In this document: in pieces, positions 54,832-64,000 of the stretch
How the letters are laid out: each line of letters opens with the position of its first letter
How positions within the stretch are numbered: position 1 is the first letter of the stretch
Source: Oscillospiraceae bacterium
GTDB lineage: Bacteria; Bacillota; Clostridia; Oscillospirales; Oscillospiraceae
Reading direction: 5' to 3'
DNA: 64,000 nt
Assembly (NCBI GenBank): GCA_017516005.1
Contig: JAFWDU010000006.1
Coordinates: 36,678-100,677 of the forward strand
Notes under the pieces: generated by a model
The model's database searches: none
Seen by the model: only the letters and a program-made list of their open reading frames with translations
What the model was told of the DNA's origin: nothing
Position numbers and translations under genes: made by a program

Positions 54832-57273
54832 TCAGTTTTCTTTCTTCAGGAACTGTGATGCAGCTTTCTGCATCAGTTTTTTGGTGCCAGTTTTGTCAAA
54901 TGCGATCTCAAGAAGCGCATCATTTCCCATAGGGAGGACAGAAAGCACCATACCGCGTCCGAATGACTTGTGGATAACCATTTCACCTTTTTGGAAGGAA
55001 ACCTGTTTGCCGGATGAAGTGCCTCCACTGCCGGAAAAAACACTGCTTCCCCCTTTTGCGGGTTCCGTTTTTGGTTTCGTTTCTCTTCTCGGTGTCTGGT
55101 AGGAAGATGGGCGCCATGTCTGGTCGAAGTCCAGGTCGTCCTCATAGGAACTGTATTGCGGCGTTCTTGGCTTGAGCTGCGTTGTAAGGCACTCAGGAGG
55201 CAGCTCCGAAATAAACCGCGAAGGATGATTATACATGGTTCGTCCGTAAAGAAGGCGGTTTCTGGCACATGTGATCGTCAGAGACTGTTTCGCTCTCGTA
55301 ATCGCAACATAGCACAGTCTCCGCTCCTCTTCCAGCTCCTCAGCGGATTCGGAAGAACGGTTTCCGGGAAACAGTTCAGCTTCCATGCCCACAAGAATGA
55401 CATGCGGAAACTCAAGGCCTTTTGAACTGTGTACCGTCATCAGTACGACTGCATCCGCTTCCGGATCCATCTGATCGATATCTGTATAAAGCGCAGTTTC
55501 CTCCAAGAAACCGCTGAGAGAAGGCGTGTCCGTATTCTCACAGTAATTGACAATCGAGGAACGAAGTTCACGTACGTTTTCAGCACGGGTTCTGTTCTCA
55601 ATGTAATTTTTTTCTTCGAGCATTGCCAGGTAGCCGGTGCGGTTCAGAAGTTCATCGTAGAATTCCGGCAGCGGCATAGTCTGAAGAAGATCGGAAAGGC
55701 CTTCAATCAGTACCGTAAATGCCATCAGACGTTCCGCGCTCTTTTCCAGGGAATGGTAGGAATACGGGTCAGACACGACATTGTACATCGGGATGCCGGA
55801 GAAGGCGGCTTCCTGAGATACGGTATCAATCGTTTTTTCACCAAGTTTTCTGGGCGGGTTATTGATAATTCTGCGAAGGCGCAGATCATCCGCATGGTTA
55901 TTGATTACGCAGAGATATGCCATCATATCCTTGATTTCCGCACGGTCAAAGAAACGAGTACCGCCGATAATCCGGTATGGAATCCCATTCTGCTTCAGTC
56001 CGCGTTCCAGGGCGTTAGACTGTGCATTTGTACGGTAAAGAATGGCAATATCTTTATAGCTGCAGGTCCTTGAAAGCTGGAAAATGCGTCTTGCAACGTA
56101 ACTTGCCTCATCCTGTTCGGAATTCGCTTCGTAAAGTCCGATCTTTTCGCCTTTTCCGTTCTGTGTCCAGAGTGTCTTTCCTTTTCTCCCCTGGTTGTTT
56201 GCAATCAGTGCATTCGCGGCATTGAGTATGGATTGGGTGGAGCGGTAGTTCTGCTCCAGCCGAATCACTTTCGCTCCCTTATACTGCTTCTCAAAATTCA
56301 GAATATTGTCAATCGTTGCACCGCGGAACCGGTAAATACTCTGATCATCATCACCGACAACGCAGATATTTTCATATCCGCCGGACAGAAGAGATGCGAG
56401 GAGATACTGCATATGGTTAGTATCCTGGTACTCATCAATCAGGACGTAGCGGAACCGCTTTTGGTAATAGGATCGAACATCCTCGAAGCGCTGAAGAAGC
56501 TTGACGGTAAGAAGGATGATATCATCAAAATCCAGCGCATTCGCGGACTGCAACATTTTCTGATACGGACCGTAGGCTTCCGCGGCTTTCTGAACTCGGA
56601 TATCCGTTGTGCTTCTTGCCTCCGCGACAGCCTCTTCCGGAGAAAGCAGACGATCCTTGAAACGGGAGATCAGATTCAAAAGCATTCTTGGTGCAAATGA
56701 TTTCTCATCCAGATTCAGCTGAACGAGGACATCCTTCATCACGCGCTCTGAATCCGCTGTGTCATAGATTGTAAAAGAGGATGCGTATCCGAGACGATCA
56801 ATCTCCCTGCGCAGGATACGGCAGCAGGCGGAATGAAATGTCATTGCCCAGATATCCTGCGCTTCCGAGCCAAGCATGGATTCCAGCCGGTCTTTCAGTT
56901 CACCGGCGGCCTTGTTTGTGAAGGTGATTGCGATAATGCTCCATGGCGGAACCGGATTCAGCGCGCAGATCGCATCAGCGCGGTCACTGAAGTCATCTGA
57001 AGGCGATTTCAGTTGTGATTCCAGAAATTCCACATCCTCTTCTCGGATGTAGGCAGGAATCTCGCTGGAGTCAGAGGCTTCGCCATAGCGAATCAGATTC
57101 GCGATCCGGTTAATCAGGACTGTGGTCTTTCCGCTTCCTGCGCCGGCAAGCAGCAGAACCGGTCCGCTGGTGGTCATTACTCCCTGCAGCTGCGGCGGAT
57201 TCAGCTGAGAAAAGCGGGAAGCGATCCATTCGCGTCTCGCTTTCAGGAAACGCGATTCATATGATTGATTCAT
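54832..57273 (-). CDS. pcrA: ATP-dependent DNA helicase PcrA (UvrD family)
   Basis: AGAGSGKTTV, DEYQDTN, VGDDDQSIYRFRGA and TVHSSKGLEF motifs, with a C-terminal Tudor-like KGEMVIHKSFGRGMV. Confidence 0.9.
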   Translation of the reverse strand: MNQSYESRFLKARREWIASRFSQLNPPQLQGVMTTSGPVLLLAGAGSGKTTVLINRIANLIRYGEASDSSEIPAYIREEDVEFLESQLKSPSDDFSDRADAICALNPVPPWSIIAITFTNKAAGELKDRLESMLGSEAQDIWAMTFHSACCRILRREIDRLGYASSFTIYDTADSERVMKDVLVQLNLDEKSFAPRMLLNLISRFKDRLLSPEEAVAEARSTTDIRVQKAAEAYGPYQKMLQSANALDFDDIILLTVKLLQRFEDVRSYYQKRFRYVLIDEYQDTNHMQYLLASLLSGGYENICVVGDDDQSIYRFRGATIDNILNFEKQYKGAKVIRLEQNYRSTQSILNAANALIANNQGRKGKTLWTQNGKGEKIGLYEANSEQDEASYVARRIFQLSRTCSYKDIAILYRTNAQSNALERGLKQNGIPYRIIGGTRFFDRAEIKDMMAYLCVINNHADDLRLRRIINNPPRKLGEKTIDTVSQEAAFSGIPMYNVVSDPYSYHSLEKSAERLMAFTVLIEGLSDLLQTMPLPEFYDELLNRTGYLAMLEEKNYIENRTRAENVRELRSSIVNYCENTDTPSLSGFLEETALYTDIDQMDPEADAVVLMTVHSSKGLEFPHVILVGMEAELFPGNRSSESAEELEEERRLCYVAITRAKQSLTITCARNRLLYGRTMYNHPSRFISELPPECLTTQLKPRTPQYSSYEDDLDFDQTWRPSSYQTPRRETKPKTEPAKGGSSVFSGSGGTSSGKQVSFQKGEMVIHKSFGRGMVLSVLPMGNDALLEIAFDKTGTKKLMQKAASQFLKKEN

Positions 57274-57305
57274 AATTCACCTAATAATCGATTGATTGCA
57301 GATGA

Positions 57306-58592
57306 TCAGTTCCTTTTCATGTTGTGGAGAATTCCCGGATGCTGATCAATCAGAGAAAGAATCTCTCCGGCCAGATAGACCGAGCCGCAGATGACAAGAA
57401 GCTCGTCATTTCTGCGGCGGAGCATTGCCGCTTTCAAAGCCTGTTCCGGATTTGGTTCCGAATAGGTTTTAAGGCAATATCCATCCGCGCTCTCCCGCAG
57501 TTCTTCGCTTGACAGAGCTCTTGGCATATCCAGCGTAGTTGCGGTAAGCCGAACCGAGCGCTCGGCAACTGCCCGTACACATGTTTTATAATCTTTATCT
57601 GCCATCATGGCCATAAGAGAACAAATTGGTCTGCCTGGATAAACTGCATCCAGGGCATCAAGAAGCGCCTGGATCCCGTTTGGATTATGCGCGCAGTCCA
57701 GAACAACATCCTCTGTTAGAGGCATGAGTCGGGCAGGCCATACGACAGTTGTGAGGCCTTTTTGGATCAGTTCATCACTGATGCCCAGCGCCCTTCCGAT
57801 TTCAATGGCACAGGCTGCATTGTACGCCTGATACGGACCTGCAAGAGAAACATAGAACCGCTTCCCTTCCAGTAAGAAGGAATTGTGATGCGAAGAAAGC
57901 CGAAGTTCGGACGGGACTGCACACACTCTCAGTTCCGCGTGATTTCGTCTGCAGATTTCAGATAGCACATTGATCGCTTCAGGCGCCTGCGTGGACGGTG
58001 TGATGACAATGCAGTCCTGTTTGATAATACCGCCTTTTTCTGCCGCAATTTCTTCAATGGTATTCCCCAGCTGGGCCTGATGATCCAGACCCAGCTGAGC
58101 GATGCAGCACACTTTCTGCGGTGCAATGATATTGGTCGCATCCAGTCTGCCGCCAAGTCCCACCTCGAGAACAACCACATCGCACTGCTGTTCATAGTAG
58201 TAACACATGGCGATGGCCGTAATCACTTCAAATTCATTTGCCGGCTCCTGTCCGGAGGATTCAAGTGCGCACTCTTCAGCGTAAACTCTTTCATAAATGC
58301 GGCAGAAATCCGTTTTCGGAATGGTATTTCCGTCGATCATGATCCGCTCAGTAAATTCTTTCAGGTACGGGGAGGTAAACAAACCAGTTTTCTTTCCCGC
58401 TGACCGCAAAATGGACGCAGTCATGGCGCAGATGCTTCCCTTTCCGTTTGTCCCGGCAACATGGACGAAAGGCAGGTGATTCTGAGGATTTCCAAGTGAA
58501 TTCATCAGATTCGTAATCCTGCTCAGGTCCTTTTTCTTTGCATATCTGGGGCGGCTGTGAAGTTCAGCAAGAATTGTATCGTAATCTCTCAT
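57306..58592 (-). CDS. folC: Bifunctional folylpolyglutamate synthase/dihydrofolate synthase
   Basis: P-loop HVAGTNGKGS and the Mur ligase family layout. The start overlaps the valS stop by 4 nt. Confidence 0.9.
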   Translation of the reverse strand: MRDYDTILAELHSRPRYAKKKDLSRITNLMNSLGNPQNHLPFVHVAGTNGKGSICAMTASILRSAGKKTGLFTSPYLKEFTERIMIDGNTIPKTDFCRIYERVYAEECALESSGQEPANEFEVITAIAMCYYYEQQCDVVVLEVGLGGRLDATNIIAPQKVCCIAQLGLDHQAQLGNTIEEIAAEKGGIIKQDCIVITPSTQAPEAINVLSEICRRNHAELRVCAVPSELRLSSHHNSFLLEGKRFYVSLAGPYQAYNAACAIEIGRALGISDELIQKGLTTVVWPARLMPLTEDVVLDCAHNPNGIQALLDALDAVYPGRPICSLMAMMADKDYKTCVRAVAERSVRLTATTLDMPRALSSEELRESADGYCLKTYSEPNPEQALKAAMLRRRNDELLVICGSVYLAGEILSLIDQHPGILHNMKRN

Positions 58593-61222
58593 TTCATAAG
58601 ACGTGCCTGACTGGCAGTCAGCTGTTCCACAAGGCGGTTAAGCTTCTCCTGCTTCTCCCGCTCTCCGGCAACAACACTTTCGGGCGCCTTTGCAAGGAAG
58701 CCGGGATTGCCAAGTTTTCCGGCAATTCTCTGCAGTTCGCCCTGCGCATTCTTCAGTTCCTTTGCAATTCTCTGCAGTTCCTGCTCTCGATCGATGAGCT
58801 GATCCATGGGAAGGTACATCCGCACGTCGTGTGTAACAACCTCCACCATATCCTCATGACCTTCAGGCGCAGATGCGGAGAGAATGATCTGATCCGCATA
58901 GGCCAGTTTCATGAGGAACGCCTCACCATCACGGTAGGCATCCGCAGAATCTGTGACAATGTAAAGAGTGCTCTTTCTGGAAGGCGGAACATTCATTTCA
59001 GCACGGCGGTTCCGGACCGCGCGGATCGCATCCATGACAGATTCCATTTCGGATTCTTCCTTCGGGAAGTCCAGGTCGGGATTAGCCACCGGCCAGGATG
59101 AAGTAATCAGGAAAGCGCCGTCATGCGGGATCGCCTGCCAAATTTCTTCCGTGATAAAGGGCATAAACGGGTGCAGCAGACGAAGTACCTGCTCCAGGAC
59201 ATAGACCAGCACCTGCTGTGCGGTACGCTTACTCTCCTCATCATCTGCATACAGACGAGCCTTGGTAAGTTCGATATACCAGTCGCAGTAGCTGTCCCAG
59301 ATGAAGTCATAGATCTTCTGCACTGCCACGCCAAGCTCATAGCGTTCCATATTCTCGGTTGCTTCGGAAATGAGGGCATTGAGTTTGGAAAGAATCCACT
59401 TGTCTTCATTCTCAAGGCGCTCAACAGGAGGAAGCTCATTGCGGTCAATGGTCAGATTCATCAGGACATAGCGCGAAGCGTTCCAGATCTTGTTCGCAAA
59501 GTTGCGCATTGCTTCGCAGCGTTCCACATAGAAACGCATGTCATTTCCGGGGCTGTTGCCCGTCAGCATATTCATACGGAGTGCGTCGGCTCCGTAATTG
59601 TCAATCATCTCAAGCGGATCAATGCCGTTTCCGAGGGATTTCGACATCTTGCGTCCCTTATCATCCCTGACAAGGCCGTGAATCAGCACGGTGTGGAAGG
59701 GCTTCTCCTTCATCTGTTCCAGGCCGGAGAAGATCATGCGGGAGACCCAGAAAGTGATGATGTCATAACCGGTAACAAGAACATCAGTTGGATAGAAGTA
59801 ATCAAGATCCTTTGTTTTTTCCGGCCAGCCAAGGGTTTCAAAGGGCCAAAGAGCGGACGAGAACCAGGTGTCAAGCACATCCGGATCTCTTTCAATATGC
59901 TTGCTTCCGCAATGTGCGCATTCCGTGGGATCTTCTCTGGAGACCGTGATCTCGCCGCAGTCCTCACAAGTCCAGGCGGGAATCTGGTGGCCCCACCACA
60001 GCTGACGGGAAATGCACCAGTCATGAAGATTCTCCATCCAGTTGATGTAGTTCTTCGAAAAACGCTCCGGCACAAACTTCAATTCACCGGATTTGACAAC
60101 CTCGATGGCAGGCTTGGCCAGGGGCTCCATTTTCACAAACCACTGAGCGGAGATAATCGGCTCCACATCGTTATGGCAGCGGTAGCATGTGCCCACATTG
60201 TGGGAGTAGGGTTCCACTTTGACCAGATAACCGCCAGCTTCCAGATCTTCCACAATCAGCTTTCTGGCTTCATAGCGGTCCATGCCGTTATACTTGCCTT
60301 CAAAGCTGACGCAGCCGTTGTCATCAAGAACACGGATCACTTCCAGGTGATGACGGAGACCGACTTCGAAATCGTTGGGGTCATGCGCAGGCGTCATCTT
60401 CACGCAGCCTGTGCCGAACTCCATCTCAACATATTCATCCGCGACGATGGGAATCTCTTTATTGACAAGAGGAAGAATGCATGTCTTTCCAACCATGGAG
60501 GCGTAGCGTTCGTCATTGGGGTTGACGGCAACGCCCGTATCGCCGAGCATGGTTTCGGGGCGGGTGGTTGCAACCACAACCTCACCGGATCCGTCGCTGA
60601 GCGGATAGCGAATATACCAGAGATGACCCGGTTTGTCCACATACTCCACTTCTGCATCCGAAAGGGCCGTAATGCAGTTCGGGCACCAGTTGATAATACG
60701 GCTTCCCTTGTAAATCAGGCCCTTTTCATAGAGGTTGACGAACACTTCACGGACAGCGTTGGAGCAGCCTTCATCCATGGTAAATCTGCTGCGGCTCCAG
60801 TCGCAGGAAGCGCCAAGCTTGCGCTGCTGAAGCTGAATTCTGGTGCCGTATTTGTTTTTCCAGTCCCATACCTTTTCCAGGAATTTTTCTCTGCCAAGAT
60901 CATAACGGGTCAGTCCTTCTTTGCGAAGTTCCTCCTCCACCTTGATCTGCGTTGCAATTCCGGCATGATCCGTGCCTGGAAGCCAAAGCGCACTGTAGCC
61001 CTGCATACGCTTGAAGCGAATCAGAACATCCTGCATAGTAGCGTCCATTGCATGCCCCATATGGAGCTGACCGGTCACGTTGGGTGGCGGCATTACGATG
61101 CAGAACGGCTTTTTCTCCGGATCGGCTTCGGCTTTGAAGCAGTCATTCTCCAGCCACATGTCATAGATCTTGGATTCCACGTTCTGGGGCTCGTACACTT
61201 TTGGCAGTTGATTCTCCATCAT
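58589..61222 (-). CDS. valS: Valine--tRNA ligase
   Basis: PNVTGQLHMGHA (HIGH), RKMSKSLGN (KMSKS), an editing domain and a C-terminal coiled coil. ATG at 61222 follows an AGGAG RBS. Confidence 0.95.
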   Translation of the reverse strand: MMENQLPKVYEPQNVESKIYDMWLENDCFKAEADPEKKPFCIVMPPPNVTGQLHMGHAMDATMQDVLIRFKRMQGYSALWLPGTDHAGIATQIKVEEELRKEGLTRYDLGREKFLEKVWDWKNKYGTRIQLQQRKLGASCDWSRSRFTMDEGCSNAVREVFVNLYEKGLIYKGSRIINWCPNCITALSDAEVEYVDKPGHLWYIRYPLSDGSGEVVVATTRPETMLGDTGVAVNPNDERYASMVGKTCILPLVNKEIPIVADEYVEMEFGTGCVKMTPAHDPNDFEVGLRHHLEVIRVLDDNGCVSFEGKYNGMDRYEARKLIVEDLEAGGYLVKVEPYSHNVGTCYRCHNDVEPIISAQWFVKMEPLAKPAIEVVKSGELKFVPERFSKNYINWMENLHDWCISRQLWWGHQIPAWTCEDCGEITVSREDPTECAHCGSKHIERDPDVLDTWFSSALWPFETLGWPEKTKDLDYFYPTDVLVTGYDIITFWVSRMIFSGLEQMKEKPFHTVLIHGLVRDDKGRKMSKSLGNGIDPLEMIDNYGADALRMNMLTGNSPGNDMRFYVERCEAMRNFANKIWNASRYVLMNLTIDRNELPPVERLENEDKWILSKLNALISEATENMERYELGVAVQKIYDFIWDSYCDWYIELTKARLYADDEESKRTAQQVLVYVLEQVLRLLHPFMPFITEEIWQAIPHDGAFLITSSWPVANPDLDFPKEESEMESVMDAIRAVRNRRAEMNVPPSRKSTLYIVTDSADAYRDGEAFLMKLAYADQIILSASAPEGHEDMVEVVTHDVRMYLPMDQLIDREQELQRIAKELKNAQGELQRIAGKLGNPGFLAKAPESVVAGEREKQEKLNRLVEQLTASQARLMK

Positions 61223-61232
61223 GTTCACTCCT

Positions 61233-61478
61233 AATAAAAAATGAAACCCTGAACACTCTGTTCAGGGCGAAAAGATTTCCGCGGGACCACCTGAATTCCC
61301 GCCGGGAAGGCGGACACTCATCCTCTGTAACGGGAGTTCCCGGCATGACTTACTTGATATTTCAGCCATGCAGCTCAGAGGCGACCTTCAGCGATGAATC
61401 GGTGCGGACTTTCACCATGCGTCCGCTCTCTGAAACCGGATGTCGAAACGCTTACTCTTCCTCGTCTTTGCTGATAAC
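61233..61478 (-). promoter_or_regulatory. T-box riboswitch leader, valine specifier (GUC)
   Basis: Minus strand shows stem I with AGAGAG and GGUGAAAG elements. The specifier loop GAAGGUCG has GUC at 61385..61383. The T-box sequence is AAUUCAGGUGGUCCCGCGG. The terminator is CCCUGAACAGAGUGUUCAGGG followed by UUUCAUUUUUU. Confidence 0.85.
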
Positions 61479-61484
61479 ATCGCA

Positions 61485-61513
61485 ACTATAAAGGATTGCC
61501 GGAAAAAAGTCAA
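61485..61513 (-). promoter_or_regulatory. Sigma-A promoter for the valS T-box leader
   Basis: Minus strand has TTGACT (61513..61508), a 17-nt spacer, then TATAGT (61490..61485). Confidence 0.6.
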
Positions 61514-61567
61514 TGAAAACTTTGGAATGTTGGATATTTGTGATAATTGTATTATTGAAAGGAAAAA

Positions 61568-61608
61568 GGAACTGCAGTGTCCCTGAAACAGGAGGACACT
61601 GCAGTTCC
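61568..61608 (-). terminator. Intrinsic terminator after the phosphoglucomutase gene
   Basis: 15-bp stem GGAACTGCAGTGTCC..GGACACTGCAGTTCC, followed by TTTTTCCTTTC on the minus strand. Confidence 0.8.
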
Positions 61609-61619
61609 TGTCTGTCGAC

Positions 61620-63323
61620 TCAGATTTTTTCCAAGCGAGCTGTCATTTCCGCATTGAGTACATCCACACGGTCCTGCGCAGCTTCTGCTGTTTTACCGAC
61701 AGCGCTGTAATAGATCTTCAGCTTGGGCTCTGTGCCTGATGGTCTGACAATCACGGTACTCAGATCCTCAAGATCGAGCTCATAGACATTGGAAGAAGGA
61801 AGATTGGTCGGAGCAACTGCGCCGCTGCTGCGATCCATACTCTCACCGGAACGGTAATCGACGCTGCGGATAATCCTGCTGCCGCAGAACGAAACTGCGG
61901 GATCAGAGCGGAGAGAATCCACGAAGGATGCGATTTTTGCAGGACCTTCCAATCCGGCCATTTCTACGCTCTTGACACCGGCTTTGTAGAAACCGTATCT
62001 GTTATAGATTTCGTCCATCTGCATGGCGAGGGTCTTCCCGTTTGCCTTGCACCAGGCCGCAAGTTCACACACAAGCATGGAAGCAACAACAGCGTCTTTA
62101 TCACGGGCATAACTGCCCTTCAGATAACCGCAGCTCTCCTCAAATCCGAACAGGAAATTTTCTTCTTTTCCCTGCTGCTCGAGTCTCAGAATCTCGCCGC
62201 CGATATACTTGAAGCCTGTCAGAACACTGACTGCTTTGCAGCCGTATTCTGCGGCAATCCGATCAGCAAGCGGTGAGGAAACAATAGAGCGCACAATTTC
62301 GCTCTCAGGAGAAATCTTGCTGTGACGGAGAATAAAATCAAGGAGAAGACAGCCAAGTTCATTTCCGCTGAACTTGCGCCAGCCTTTTTCTGTTGCTGCG
62401 GCGACTGCAACGCGGTCAGCGTCCGGATCGGTTCCGATGATGAGATCCGGATGACAGGATTCCGCGGCAAGATATGCCTCTTTCAGAGCTTCATCCGTTT
62501 CGGGATTGGGATACGGACAGGTTGTGAAGTCTCCGTCGGGTTCTTCCTGTACTTTGACAATTTCCGCTTCAATGCCGAGCTCGGAAAGAATATGGCGGAC
62601 AGGAATATTGCCAGTACCGTTCAGCGGAGTATAGAGAATCTTCGGCATATTATCTGGTGTAATCTCAATTCCGACTCTCTGGGACAGAACTGCGGAATAG
62701 TATGCTTTCCAGACGGTATTGTCGATATAGGATACAAGTCCGCTGTTCAAAGCATCCTTAATGTCAGGAACAGGCTTTTCAAAGAGGGGTGTATCCAGTA
62801 TTTTCTCAAATACAAGTGCTGCAGGCTCATCCGTCATCTGGCAGCCGTCCGGGCCGTAACACTTCATACCGTTATAGCGTCCGTCGTTGTGACTTGCGGA
62901 AATGACGATGCCGCAGCCGCACTTGAGATAACGAACAGCGAAAGAAAGCATAGGCGTTGGCGCGAGCATATGGTATAAAAAGACCTCAATCCCCTGCTCT
63001 GCAAGTGCACCGGCGCAAATTTCTGCAAAGAGCTGAGAATTGTGACGTGAATCATAGGCAATTGCGCATCTTTTTGCCTCACCGGATGAGAGCAGCCAGG
63101 TACCAAGGCCGCGGGCAGCACGGCAGACTGTATATATATTCATTCTGTTTGTGCCTGCGCCCATAAGACCGCGCATACCGGCAGTTCCAAATGGGATTAC
63201 CTGTCCGAATCTGAGTTCCTGTTCAACAAGATCACCTTTGATGGATTTCAGTTCGTCCTTCATGCTTTCCGGAAGCGTAGGCTCCAGACACCAGCTTTGA
63301 TATTTGATTTCATAATCCGTCAT
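61620..63323 (-). CDS. Phospho-sugar mutase (alpha-phosphoglucomutase/phosphomannomutase, PgcA-like)
   Basis: 567 aa; GTAGMRG, active-site ISASHNDGRYNG, and the metal loop GTDPDADR. Confidence 0.9.
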   Translation of the reverse strand: MTDYEIKYQSWCLEPTLPESMKDELKSIKGDLVEQELRFGQVIPFGTAGMRGLMGAGTNRMNIYTVCRAARGLGTWLLSSGEAKRCAIAYDSRHNSQLFAEICAGALAEQGIEVFLYHMLAPTPMLSFAVRYLKCGCGIVISASHNDGRYNGMKCYGPDGCQMTDEPAALVFEKILDTPLFEKPVPDIKDALNSGLVSYIDNTVWKAYYSAVLSQRVGIEITPDNMPKILYTPLNGTGNIPVRHILSELGIEAEIVKVQEEPDGDFTTCPYPNPETDEALKEAYLAAESCHPDLIIGTDPDADRVAVAAATEKGWRKFSGNELGCLLLDFILRHSKISPESEIVRSIVSSPLADRIAAEYGCKAVSVLTGFKYIGGEILRLEQQGKEENFLFGFEESCGYLKGSYARDKDAVVASMLVCELAAWCKANGKTLAMQMDEIYNRYGFYKAGVKSVEMAGLEGPAKIASFVDSLRSDPAVSFCGSRIIRSVDYRSGESMDRSSGAVAPTNLPSSNVYELDLEDLSTVIVRPSGTEPKLKIYYSAVGKTAEAAQDRVDVLNAEMTARLEKI

Positions 63324-63391
63324 TTTAAGTGGCCTCCTGTATTAGAAATGCATAGTACGATAAAGAAATATATGTTTCGATAAAATCAAAA

Positions 63392-63416
63392 AAGGCCGTT
63401 CTGAAAGAGCGGCCTT
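63392..63416 (-). terminator. Intrinsic terminator after the coiled-coil protein gene
   Basis: AAGGCCG..CGGCCTT, followed by TTTTTTGATTTT on the minus strand. Confidence 0.7.
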
Positions 63417-63428
63417 AAATGAATAACT

Positions 63429-63926
63429 TTAAATATCTTCAATAATCGGAGAGGGAGTTTTGGGCTGAGGATTGGTCATGGCAGTGAACTGCGCATGGGA
63501 TTCCTTGACTTCTGCAAGAGAAGAGGCAATCGCATCCTCAGTGCGCTTGAGAGCGTTTTCCACATAGTCACTTGTAACCTGACGAAGTTCCTTGATCTTG
63601 TTCTGAGCGCTGCGAATCATCTCTGCAGACTGCTCCTTCGCCTGACGATAGACTTCCTCATCGGAAATCATGGTTTTTGCGCGCTGTTCTGCCTGACGAA
63701 GGATGTTTTCAGCCTCACGCTTGGCATTGGTGATAACCTCATTGCGGGACTCAACGATTGTCTTCGCCTGCTTGAGTTCACCGGGAAGCTGCGCACTGAT
63801 CTCATCCAGAAGGTCGAGTACTTTGTCGCGTTCAATGACACATTTGTCCTGGCCAAGGGGAATGCTCCATGCAGACTGAATAATTTCATAGAGAGAGCTG
63901 ATGAGTTCTTCAATGTTGTTTGCCAT
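63429..63926 (-). CDS. Conserved coiled-coil protein (family often annotated as V-ATPase subunit H-like or ATPase)
   Basis: MANNIEELISSLYEIIQSAWSIPLGQDKCVIERDKVLDLLDEI..LPGELKQAKTIV..R.E.I..AKREAENI matches a family I remember from Clostridia and Bacilli. ATG at 63926 follows a GGAGGAAATAAG RBS region. Confidence 0.6.
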   Translation of the reverse strand: MANNIEELISSLYEIIQSAWSIPLGQDKCVIERDKVLDLLDEISAQLPGELKQAKTIVESRNEVITNAKREAENILRQAEQRAKTMISDEEVYRQAKEQSAEMIRSAQNKIKELRQVTSDYVENALKRTEDAIASSLAEVKESHAQFTAMTNPQPKTPSPIIEDI

Positions 63927-63927
63927 C

Positions 63928-64000
63928 TTATTTCCTCCGTTCATGGACAGATTGAATTCTGTCTGTGACTTCTTCAATGATTTCAGCCGGTATGTAGTCT
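63928..64000 (-). CDS. 3' end of an unidentified upstream CDS (C-terminus ...DYIPAEIIEEVTDRIQSVHERRK)
   Basis: Hand translation of the minus strand shows a frame open from the window edge to TAA at 63930..63928, which abuts the next ATG (TAAGATG). The product is unknown. Confidence 0.4.
   Translation of the reverse strand, partial: DYIPAEIIEEVTDRIQSVHERRK

Noticed and set aside
59123-61234. 703-aa plus-strand ORF running antisense through almost all of valS
   Set aside because: valS on the minus strand has unambiguous HIGH and KMSKS motifs, an RBS and a T-box leader. The antisense product has no recognisable motifs and no upstream RBS or promoter. An open antisense frame of this kind is expected when the sense gene rarely uses the TTA, CTA and TCA codons. 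It is a shadow ORF, not a gene.

Overview
The window is a gene-dense, syntenic core-genome segment of a Gram-positive bacterium (Bacillota). Gene content and order look Clostridia-like, but the family-level guess is weak. From about 23.2 kb to the end, every gene is on the minus strand. I could support about 60 CDS.

The CDS cover these groups:
- Replication and repair: dnaX-ybaB-recR, holA, ligA, pcrA, recN, mutY, xseAB.
- Translation: valS, tyrS, an EF-G paralog, an ABC-F factor, rRNA and tRNA modification enzymes.
- Isoprenoid, NAD and folate metabolism: dxs, ispA, nadK, pncB, folC.
- Envelope and transport genes.

The RNA and regulatory features are:
- Two tRNA-Ser genes.
- A large Bacillus-type SRP RNA upstream of dnaX.
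- Two T-box leaders (Tyr UAC for tyrS, Val GUC for valS).
- An unclassified terminator-containing leader upstream of purE.
- Several sigma-A-like promoters with 16-18 nt spacers.
- Many intrinsic terminators.

I found no transposase, integrase, phage genes, CRISPR array, toxin-antitoxin pair or recognisable defence genes. I see no clear novel system, and most of the window is ordinary housekeeping DNA.

The most unusual items are:
1. A minus-strand cluster at 33.6-38.9 kb. It holds TldD/PmbA, a COG0523 GTPase with a His/Glu/Asp tract encoded by 36-bp tandem repeats, a truncated G3E domain fused to a DUF1980-like CC domain, and an orphan ACP.
2. A 655-aa membrane protein that looks like a P1B-type ATPase but has none of the catalytic signature motifs.
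3. An EF-G paralog with the catalytic His replaced by Tyr.
4. A PurF-like protein with no N-terminal Cys, downstream of the unclassified purE leader.

All functional interpretations of these four items are inference and need homology or structure searches that I cannot run.
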